From an uncultured Gemmatimonadaceae bacterium (GTDB lineage: Bacteria; Gemmatimonadota; Gemmatimonadetes; Gemmatimonadales; Gemmatimonadaceae), in assembly GCA_963843845.1 (NCBI GenBank), contig CAWJMB010000002.1, positions 160,001 to 224,000 of the forward strand: a DNA stretch of 64,000 bases, given 5' to 3'. The notes below the pieces were generated by a model. The model saw only the letters and a program-made list of their open reading frames with translations. It had not been told where the DNA came from and made no database searches. Shown here in pieces: positions 12,177-20,222 of the stretch. Every line of letters starts with the position of its first letter. Position 1 is the first letter of the stretch. The position numbers and the translations under genes are program-made.

Positions 12177-13025
12177 TCATTTCAGCGACGCGAGATAATT
12201 GACCGACGCGCGGATGGAGGTCAGCGGGTCGGTGGGACTGTCGTGCTCGACGAAGACGTGCTTCACGCCGGTCGAGTCGCCGGCATCGAGGACGGCGCGC
12301 CAGTCGATCGTGCCGGCGCCGACCTCGGTCATGCGGCGGTCGGGCGCGGGGCCGGCGTCCTTGAGGTGCAGCAGCGTGATGCGGCCGGCGTGGCGGTCGA
12401 TCCAGACGAGCGGGTCGTGGCCGGCCTTCACGAGCCAGTAGACGTCCATCTCGAAGTCGACGAGCGCGGGGTCGGTCTCGCGGAGCAGCAGGGCCATGGG
12501 GATGCGGCCGTCGACGAGTGGGAACTCGAAGTCGTGGTTGTGATAGGCGAAGCGCAGCCCCGCCGCCTTCGCCTGCGCCCCGGCCCGGTTGAACTGCTCG
12601 GCGATGCGCTTCCAGTCGTCGGCGGTTCTGCGCTGGGCCGCGTCGATCCACGGCACGGTCACCCACTGATGCCCGATGGCGCGCGCGTCGTCGAACGTCT
12701 TCGCCGCGGCGCTCCCCGTGACGAGGTCGAGCCCGAGGTGGGTGGAGGGCGACGTCAGGCGGTGCGCCTTCAGCATCGCCTTCACCTGCGCCGGCGTGCG
12801 TCCGAAGTACCCCGCGAACTCGACCTCGCGGTACCCGGCCGCCGCGACCTGGGCGAGCGTTCCCGGCATGTCCTTCTGCATGAGCTGCCGGACCGTGTAG
12901 AGCTGCAGCCCGATCGCCCGCGTGGGCGCCTTCCGTGCGGACAGTGTCGCGGCGGCGTTGAGCTGCCGCCCCACCCCCGTCGCGACCGTGGCGCCGAGTG
13001 CAGTGAGGAAAGAACGACGATTCAT
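12177..13025 (-). CDS. Tat-exported sugar phosphate isomerase/epimerase (xylose isomerase-like TIM barrel)
   Basis: MNRRSFL Tat signal; GLQLYTVR, YHNHDFEF, EMDVYW, HLKD, FVEHD. Confidence 0.92.
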   Translation of the reverse strand: MNRRSFLTALGATVATGVGRQLNAAATLSARKAPTRAIGLQLYTVRQLMQKDMPGTLAQVAAAGYREVEFAGYFGRTPAQVKAMLKAHRLTSPSTHLGLDLVTGSAAAKTFDDARAIGHQWVTVPWIDAAQRRTADDWKRIAEQFNRAGAQAKAAGLRFAYHNHDFEFPLVDGRIPMALLLRETDPALVDFEMDVYWLVKAGHDPLVWIDRHAGRITLLHLKDAGPAPDRRMTEVGAGTIDWRAVLDAGDSTGVKHVFVEHDSPTDPLTSIRASVNYLASLK

Positions 13026-13187
13026 GGGAGGGCGTGGGGCGGGGGAACGCGTACCATGGCCCGGCGCGGTGGGGGACACAAGGTCCGGGCGGCGTCGGTA
13101 TGTTCGAGGACGGTGTGGGGGGGGCGCTGTGGCGGGGTCGGTGTGGCGGGGGCGACGAACCGGGGTCGGTGGAGCGGGAGGGGAGTC

Positions 13188-15170
13188 ATGTCATTCGCGT
13201 TCGTGCAGCGCGCGTCGACCGCCGGGCCGGAGCGGCCGATCGTGCCGGCGGTGCGTCGCGGGGTGGAGCGGGCGACCGGCCGGTCGCTCGCCGGCGCGAG
13301 ACTGCACGTCGGGGGGGCGAGCGACGCGGCGGCGCGGTCGCTGCGCGCGGACGCGTTCACCGTCGGGCGCGACGTGCACGTGGCGTCGGCGCGGTACCGG
13401 CCGGGGACGTCCGGCGGGGACCGGCTCGTGGCGCACGAGCTGGCGCACGTCGCGCAGCAGGGGGCGCGGACGGTGCCGGCCGGTGCGTCGCTCGCCGTGC
13501 GCGCCCCGGGCGACGGCGCCGAGCGCGAGGCGGACGCGGTCGCGGAGCGCGCGTCGGGCGGGACGCTCGGCGGCCCGGCGTCTGTCCACGGTGTGCAGTC
13601 CGTCGCGCCGGCGGTGCAGCGCGCCGTGTCGCAGAAGCAGACCGTCGGCGTCGACGTGAAGGCCGCCGACGTCAAGTCGCTCGAAGGCGGCACCTACTGG
13701 ACGCAGCGGCTCGGCACGATCTACGATCTCACCGTGCCGGCGCGCTTCGGCGACGCCGAGGAGCGCGACGCGGTGCTGAGCGTGGCGCACGCGCTGCACA
13801 CGCGGCTCGGGACGCCGACGAAGGCGAACGAGCAGCTGCTCCACATTCCCGCGCGCGGCACGACGACGCCGCCGCTCGCCTACCGAGCGAAGTTCACTCC
13901 GGCCGCCGACGCCGACAGCCGGCCGTCGCTCGAGCTGGAGTTCGTCGCGGAAGGCGCCGATGTCGCCGCCGCGGTGGGGAAGACGGCCGCGAGCACGATC
14001 CCGACGAACTACGCCGGGCGCGGCGACGCCGCCGACGCCGAGATCGACATGTGGAAGGCGAAGAAGGCGACGAACACGCTCGGCGCGATCTCGTGGAAGG
14101 GGACCGTGCCGGCGGCGGAGCTGGTCGCCGCGAAGTTCGCGCTCCTCGGCTACGCGGAGCACGGCACGCGGAACGCGGAAGTCGACGCGATCGTGCCGCT
14201 GTCGGACGGGACGACGCGCGTGCTCTACACGTTCGTGTTCAGCGGCGCCGCGAACGACGTCGAGGTCGAGCGGATCGGACCGGCCGGCACGGGGACGCAG
14301 GCGCTCGACCCGGCGACGCGCACGTTCGACGTGAAGCGCGTGAGCGGCTACACGCCCGAGTTCGACGCCGACGCGGCGAAGCTCAAGACGTGGCTCGCGA
14401 CGCGCTACCCGGCGATCGTGCCGGCGGGCACCGACGCGCCGGCGATCGTGACCGACGTGAACACGAAGCTCGACGCCGCCGCGACGACGCCGGCGTTCTT
14501 CGGCGCGAACTACGGCATGCCGGTGGTCGACGCGGCCGGCGCCGCGACGCGCCTCACGACGGCGCACGGCTGGGACGCGCAGCGAGCGGCCGACACGAAG
14601 ACCTTCTCGACCGCCGACCTGAAGCTCGTCGAGCTGTCGCTCGAGCTGCTCGCCGACCCGATGCTGAAGCTCGTGCGCGGCGCGACGCTCGCGCGGCAGA
14701 AAGTCGCGCTCGAGAAGGTCACGACGCCGGGGAAGAAGGGCGCCGCGCCGACGGTGACGTACGAGGCCGACGAGTCGACGCGCGGCGAGGCGATCTTCAC
14801 GGGGAGCGACCGCACGCTGCTCGTCTACGACAGCATCACGCAGTCGGACGCGTCGATGTTCATCGGCACCGGCGCGAACGCGTCGCCGATGAGCGCGATG
14901 ACGATGGTGCACGAGTTCGGGCACCTGGTCGGCTGGTCGGCGTCGGTGCTCTCGACGTTCAACGCGACGTTCGCGAACCAGAAGTCGAAGCTGAACGCGG
15001 CGCCGGTGACGTGGTACGCGGCGAGCGGGCCGCAGACGGAGTTCTTTCCGGAGGCGTTCGCGATCTTCAACGCGGACCCGGCGTGGATGCAGGCGAACGT
15101 GCCGGCGATGCACGCGTGGTTCGTGACGCTGACGACGACGGGGGCGCCGCCGGCGGCGGGGTCACCCTGA
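13188..15170 (+). CDS. DUF4157 (eCIS core) protein with C-terminal HExxH metallopeptidase domain
   Basis: ATG after a GGAGGGGAG RBS; ADAFTVGRDVH...LVAHELAHVAQQ...EREAD DUF4157 motifs; C-terminal VHEFGH...Y...EFFPEAF. Confidence 0.85.
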   Translation: MSFAFVQRASTAGPERPIVPAVRRGVERATGRSLAGARLHVGGASDAAARSLRADAFTVGRDVHVASARYRPGTSGGDRLVAHELAHVAQQGARTVPAGASLAVRAPGDGAEREADAVAERASGGTLGGPASVHGVQSVAPAVQRAVSQKQTVGVDVKAADVKSLEGGTYWTQRLGTIYDLTVPARFGDAEERDAVLSVAHALHTRLGTPTKANEQLLHIPARGTTTPPLAYRAKFTPAADADSRPSLELEFVAEGADVAAAVGKTAASTIPTNYAGRGDAADAEIDMWKAKKATNTLGAISWKGTVPAAELVAAKFALLGYAEHGTRNAEVDAIVPLSDGTTRVLYTFVFSGAANDVEVERIGPAGTGTQALDPATRTFDVKRVSGYTPEFDADAAKLKTWLATRYPAIVPAGTDAPAIVTDVNTKLDAAATTPAFFGANYGMPVVDAAGAATRLTTAHGWDAQRAADTKTFSTADLKLVELSLELLADPMLKLVRGATLARQKVALEKVTTPGKKGAAPTVTYEADESTRGEAIFTGSDRTLLVYDSITQSDASMFIGTGANASPMSAMTMVHEFGHLVGWSASVLSTFNATFANQKSKLNAAPVTWYAASGPQTEFFPEAFAIFNADPAWMQANVPAMHAWFVTLTTTGAPPAAGSP

Positions 15171-15172
15171 GC

Positions 15173-18100
15173 TCACGGGAGCAGCGTCAGGGTGCCGGCG
15201 TCGTCGACGTACCACACCGTCGCGCCGGCGTCGGCGGCGTGCGCGTTCGCGCGGGCCGCCGCCGAGCTCTCGAACAGGTAGTTGACGAACCGGATGCGAT
15301 AGCGCTGTCCGTCCGCGGCGTTGACGACGAAGCCGGCCTTCTGCATCGCCAGGTAGTCCGCGACCTGCTCGTCGTCGATCTGGCCGCCCGTGCGGTAGAA
15401 CTTCATGTCCCAGACGTCGATGTCCGTCACGCCGGGTCGAGCGCCCGGACCGGGGTTGGCGAGGAACGCGTCGCTCGATCGCCCCCCGGCCGCGAGCAGA
15501 TGGATGTGGCCGTTGTCGGACTGGGTGACGCGGAGGCGCGCGACCGGGCTGATCCCGCCCTGCGAGCTGAGCACGTAGCGCCAGCTCCACTTCTCGAACA
15601 GCGCGCCGGCCGAGCCCTGCACCATCCCCTCGCCGAGCGTGCGGATGCGGACGATGTCGGGGGTGGTGGCGACGAGGTGATCGAGCTCCGCCGGCGTGTA
15701 GGAGCGGAGCACCTTCGCCGTCGTGACGCTCGCGTCGCGCACGGTGAGCACCTGGGCGCCGCCGGCCGTCGTGCGCTCGAAGCGGAGGCGGCTCGTCGGC
15801 GTGCGCACGACGAGCTCGATGCCGGTGTGCAGCGCGTCGTCCGCCTGTCGCCGCAGCCCGGCGTCGCGGCTCGCGAGCCCGCGCACGAGCTGATCGAGTC
15901 CGCTCTCGCTGCGCGGCTCGACCACGCCCAGCGAGCGGAGCGCCGCCTCCGGCTCGTCGTGACGCGTGAGGATGCCGACGATCCGGTCGGTCGCGCTGCG
16001 GACGTCGCCCCGCAGCCGGACGATCGCGTCGAGCCCCGCGAACTCTGGCGTGCCCATCGTCGCGAGCCGGCCGAGCGCTCGCTGCACGTCCGCCGCGCCG
16101 ATCTCCTTGCTGCCGAGCCCCATCATGACGGCGAGCGTGCGCGGCGAGGCGCCGGCGCCGAGGGCGTGCGCGACGCCGATCAGCGCCGCGGCGTCGGTCG
16201 CGGCGACGTGGCGTCCGAGTCCGACGAGCAGCGCGCGCACGCCGTCGGCGTCGGCGACGGCGAGCGTCGTCAGCGTGCCTTCGAGCGACGGCACCGCGGT
16301 CTGCGCCTGGAGCATCCGTAGCCCCTTCGCGCTGTGCGTCTGCGAGCGGCGCAGCACGTCTGCGGCGTCGGGGCCGGGCGCGACGACGAGGCGAGCGAGC
16401 GCGGGCGCCGGCATGCTGTGGCCGGCCGGGAGCAAGAGATAGCGCGGAGTCGTCTCGCCGGGCGCCGTCAGGCGAAGCACTCCCGCCTCGTTGTCCACGA
16501 GATAGCCGGCGGTGCGGAAGCGCGTCGTGAGCGCGTGCGGCGTCGTGCCCGGCATGTTCGGGTTGTACTCGTACCGCCCGTTCGCGAGCACGATCGCGTC
16601 GCCGACGACCTCGTTCGGCGGCGGCGGGCCCGCCGTGAGCGCCGGCCTCGGGTACACCTGCGCGCGGATGCTCAGCCCGAACTCCTGGCTCAGCTTCGCG
16701 AGGTTGAGGACGGCGCTCGCGTCTTCGGGGAGGCCGAGGCTCGCGCGCTGCCACCCGGCGACGTCGCGCGCGGCGAGCCGGCGCAGGGCGCCAGCCATCT
16801 CGTCGCTCAGCCACGCCTGGCGCGCCTTCACCAGCTCGAACTGCGCTTCGGTCAGCCGGCCACGCACGATCGGGTCGCGCATCATCCCCTGGATCGCCTC
16901 CGCCTCGGCCCGGATCGCCAGGATACGCGAGTGGAGCTGCGAGACGAGCGGGCCGGAGCCCTGTTGCAGCTGCCGCATGAGCTCCGGGGCGCCCAGCAGG
17001 GCGCCGAGCGTCGTGAGGACGAGCGAGCTGACGAGGAACGACGTGAGATCGGGGGGCAGCGCGCCGTGCTCGAGGTACTCGATCAGCGCGCCGACGCCCG
17101 TCGCGGCGACGAGGTGGCCGCCGAAGACGATGCTGAACTGCGCGAACGCCTGCTGCGGCACGAGCAGCTTCGCGCCGGCGACGATGCCGACGTTGAGGAC
17201 GCGGAAGACGCCGAACGTGACCGCGGACTTTGCGAACTCCCGGACCACGTCGACGCCGCTCACGGTCCGGCCGAGGGCGATCGGCGTGGCGATCGAGGTG
17301 ACGACGGTGAACGCGGCCGCCTCGCCGAGCGTGATCGAGATCGCGCCGGCGCCGAGCCCGCTCAGCGCGCCGCCGGTGGCCGCGGTGGCCAAGAGCGCGC
17401 CGATGGCGAGGAGGATGCGCCGGTTGTTCTCGCGGCGTCGCACGTCGCGGATCTGGTCGACCAGGCGGTAGAGGTTCTGCTGCGAGCGGAACACCCACCG
17501 GTCGAGCTGCGCGAAGTCGGACGTCGCGAGATAGTCGACCGCCCCGTTGCGCAGCTGCATGACGACCGCGATCCACTCGGCTTTGTCGTCCGCGTCGCCG
17601 ACGTCGCTGCGCATCAGGTCCAGATAGATGCCGATCCCGGCGCCCCACATGTTGAGCACGGGGACGCTCGCGGCGGCGACGCCGGCGCGCCGCTCGAGCG
17701 CGTTGACGGCGGCGAGGTACGACGCGTCGCGCGGGCCGCTCCACACGGTGGCCGCGTCGGTGCGGAGCTGCTCGAGTCGGTGCAGCAGCTGCGTGAGCTC
17801 CCACCCGTATTCGGCGATAGCGTCGATCAGCGGCGCGTTCTCCGGCAGGTTCGTCGCCGACGGGGACGGCGCGCCGGGGAGCTGGTACACGGTGTCGATC
17901 AGCGTGCCGACGCCCGTGCGGAGCGTCGCGAGGCGCCGGTCCGCCGTCGTGCCGATCCAGTCTCCGAGCCGCGCGGCCATCACGCCGCGGCGCTCGCTCG
18001 CGTCCGCCGCGACGGGGAGCGCGCTCGCCGCGAGGTCGTAGAGCACGTCGGACCGCAGCTCGCGCAGCACCTTCGCTTCCTCGAGCCGGTCGATCGACGC

Positions 18101-19498
18101 GCCGTAGAACTCGGCGAGCCCCTGCAGCATCTCGTCGACGCGGCGGACGAGCGTGAGCGTCGCGTCGACGAGGCGCACGTTCTCCACGAGGTCACCTTCG
18201 AGCGCGTACGCGAAGTCGCTCTGCCCCGACGCGTGCGTCTCGACCATCGTCACCGCCTGGTAGCGCAGCAGCCGGCTCGACGTGCCGCGGAGCGTGAACA
18301 TGACTTCGGCGTCGGTCTGCTCGAAGCGCGGCGTCGTGCCGGCGGGCGGGAGGGGGTTCGGCGGCGCGGTCGGCCCGCCCGCCCGGTGGGCGGGATGGCC
18401 CACCGGCACGGCGAGGTAGCTCACGAGCGCGCCGCGCGCCTCGCCGAGCGCGCGGACGAGCGCGGCGACCCTGGCGAGCCCCCGCGCGCTCCGCTCCCAT
18501 TCCGCGGCGACCTGGCGCGCCTCCGGCAGGTGCTGCGCGACGTAGATCAACCCGCCGAGGACGTCCTCGAGCTGCCTGACGGACTGGACGCTCGTGCCCT
18601 GTGGCGGCGTGATCGTGACGTCGTGCTCGCTCCGCGTGATCGTCGCCGAGTGCACGCTCTCGTAGCCGGCGCGCAGGTCGCGGAGGATCCGGCGAAAGCG
18701 CGCCGCGTTCTGTCTGGCGAGGCGGTCGAACGCCCGCATCACCTGCCACGTCGCGCCCTTGCCGTCGGCGCGGAGGCCGAGCATCGCGACGGCGATGGCG
18801 TACGTGTCCCAGGCGAGCACGCGGTCGCGGATCGCGAAGAACGCGCGCGGCGCCGTGGTCTCGTCGGGGCTCCGCAGGCGCTCGGCGACCGCGGCCCAAT
18901 CGGGCGGCGGGTCGTCGCGCGCCGTCGACGTGGGCGTGTCGGGGGCGGCGTCGGGCGCGCTCCGAGGCTGCCGCGCGATGTGTCGGGTCGCCGCGCGGCT
19001 GATCGGTCCGGGCGCCGTCTGCGCGGCGACGCGCTCCGCTTCGATCTCGAGCGGATCGCCGGGCCGGCTGACGGTGCGCGTGGACGACGCGCGTGGCGCG
19101 GCGTCGCGCTGCTGCACGGTGTGCACGAGCTCATGCGCGAGCAGCCGGCGTCCGGCGATCGCGTCCGGCGCGTACTGGCCGGCGGCGAAGTAGATCGACT
19201 GGCCGAGCGTGAATGCCCGTGCGTCCGCGGCGCGCGCGGCGCGATCCGCTGTGGCGCCGTCGTGCACGCGCACATCGCCGAAGTCGTGACCGAAGCGCGA
19301 CTCCATCGTGCGACGTGTCGCGGGGTCGAGCGGTGTGCCGGCGGGCTCGCGTCTCGTGCCCAACGCGAGCGCGCTGGAGAGCGGACTCTGCGCGGCCGGC
19401 GTCGTGCGCACCATGCCCTGCGCCGCGGCGGGCCCGATCGGCGGCGTCGGCCGCGTCGCCGCGCGCGTCGCAGTCGGTACCCGACCCGCCTGCTTCAC
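15173..19498 (-). CDS. DUF4157 effector with hydrophobic middle region and C-terminal PD-(D/E)xK nuclease-like domain
   Basis: MESRFGHDFGDVRVH..ARAFTLG..LLAHELVHTVQQ; C-terminal FE..SDAF..WDMK..QVADY. Confidence 0.85.
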   Translation of the reverse strand: MKQAGRVPTATRAATRPTPPIGPAAAQGMVRTTPAAQSPLSSALALGTRREPAGTPLDPATRRTMESRFGHDFGDVRVHDGATADRAARAADARAFTLGQSIYFAAGQYAPDAIAGRRLLAHELVHTVQQRDAAPRASSTRTVSRPGDPLEIEAERVAAQTAPGPISRAATRHIARQPRSAPDAAPDTPTSTARDDPPPDWAAVAERLRSPDETTAPRAFFAIRDRVLAWDTYAIAVAMLGLRADGKGATWQVMRAFDRLARQNAARFRRILRDLRAGYESVHSATITRSEHDVTITPPQGTSVQSVRQLEDVLGGLIYVAQHLPEARQVAAEWERSARGLARVAALVRALGEARGALVSYLAVPVGHPAHRAGGPTAPPNPLPPAGTTPRFEQTDAEVMFTLRGTSSRLLRYQAVTMVETHASGQSDFAYALEGDLVENVRLVDATLTLVRRVDEMLQGLAEFYGASIDRLEEAKVLRELRSDVLYDLAASALPVAADASERRGVMAARLGDWIGTTADRRLATLRTGVGTLIDTVYQLPGAPSPSATNLPENAPLIDAIAEYGWELTQLLHRLEQLRTDAATVWSGPRDASYLAAVNALERRAGVAAASVPVLNMWGAGIGIYLDLMRSDVGDADDKAEWIAVVMQLRNGAVDYLATSDFAQLDRWVFRSQQNLYRLVDQIRDVRRRENNRRILLAIGALLATAATGGALSGLGAGAISITLGEAAAFTVVTSIATPIALGRTVSGVDVVREFAKSAVTFGVFRVLNVGIVAGAKLLVPQQAFAQFSIVFGGHLVAATGVGALIEYLEHGALPPDLTSFLVSSLVLTTLGALLGAPELMRQLQQGSGPLVSQLHSRILAIRAEAEAIQGMMRDPIVRGRLTEAQFELVKARQAWLSDEMAGALRRLAARDVAGWQRASLGLPEDASAVLNLAKLSQEFGLSIRAQVYPRPALTAGPPPPNEVVGDAIVLANGRYEYNPNMPGTTPHALTTRFRTAGYLVDNEAGVLRLTAPGETTPRYLLLPAGHSMPAPALARLVVAPGPDAADVLRRSQTHSAKGLRMLQAQTAVPSLEGTLTTLAVADADGVRALLVGLGRHVAATDAAALIGVAHALGAGASPRTLAVMMGLGSKEIGAADVQRALGRLATMGTPEFAGLDAIVRLRGDVRSATDRIVGILTRHDEPEAALRSLGVVEPRSESGLDQLVRGLASRDAGLRRQADDALHTGIELVVRTPTSRLRFERTTAGGAQVLTVRDASVTTAKVLRSYTPAELDHLVATTPDIVRIRTLGEGMVQGSAGALFEKWSWRYVLSSQGGISPVARLRVTQSDNGHIHLLAAGGRSSDAFLANPGPGARPGVTDIDVWDMKFYRTGGQIDDEQVADYLAMQKAGFVVNAADGQRYRIRFVNYLFESSAAARANAHAADAGATVWYVDDAGTLTLLP

Positions 19499-19508
19499 GG
19501 CGAACCCC

Positions 19509-20222
19509 CTACCGCTTCGCCGCGCGAAACGCGGCCGTCAGGCGCAGCAGCTCCTCCTCGCCGCTCGGCGTCAGGGCGTCCTCGAGGCGCGGTGCGCTGA
19601 CGAGCGACACGCCCCGGTCGTCGTGCCACTTCGTGTGATAGGCCTCGATGCGTCGCAGCGTGGGCACGGAGAAGTCCGCCAGGTGGCCGCCGCCGAGGAA
19701 GCTCGCCCACAGGATGCCCGGGCAGCTCGGCCCGGTCACGAGTGGCGGCCTGTACACCCCCGTGGCGAGCCGCGTGAACTGCGGCTCCGCGTGCACGAAC
19801 GCGGACTCGGTCGTGTCGGGGGTGTGCAGCGCGAGGAAGTGCGTGCGCAGCGCGTCGCTCGGTGCGGGGATCGCGCCGTCGGGCGTGGCGACGGCGAGGG
19901 TGATGAGACTCATCCCCGACAGCGCCGGAAAGAGGAGCGCGGTGAGCGTCCACCCCGGCGCGTCGTCGCCGACGTGCACGAAGATGCGGCCGTCGTCGCC
20001 GCGCGGCTGTTCGGCGATCGCGGCGACGAGGTCGGTCGCGGTTACCGTGCGGCGCCGGCGACGCCCGCTCAGCGGCTCGACCCAGGTCGCGGACGACACG
20101 AGGCCGAGCCCGATCCAGGCGTCGAGCAGCCGCGACGGGGTCGCGAGGTCAGTCCAGTCGTGGCCGCGCGAGGCGGTGCGCCAGAGCAGCTCGGTCGGTG
20201 CGGTCACGGTCGGTGCGGTCAC
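19509..20222 (-). CDS. Putative immunity protein
   Basis: 237 aa; start overlaps the stop of the upstream nuclease-type effector (GTGA); no recognisable family; function inferred from position. Confidence 0.6.
   Translation of the reverse strand: MTAPTVTAPTELLWRTASRGHDWTDLATPSRLLDAWIGLGLVSSATWVEPLSGRRRRRTVTATDLVAAIAEQPRGDDGRIFVHVGDDAPGWTLTALLFPALSGMSLITLAVATPDGAIPAPSDALRTHFLALHTPDTTESAFVHAEPQFTRLATGVYRPPLVTGPSCPGILWASFLGGGHLADFSVPTLRRIEAYHTKWHDDRGVSLVSAPRLEDALTPSGEEELLRLTAAFRAAKR

Noticed and set aside
10173..13187. N-terminal 1005 aa of the 1665-aa + strand ORF
   Set aside because: Antisense shadow of three clear minus-strand genes; the real start is ATG 13188 with an RBS
13026..13187. G-run-rich divergent intergenic region as a G-quadruplex regulator
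   Set aside because: G runs are expected at this GC content; no independent support
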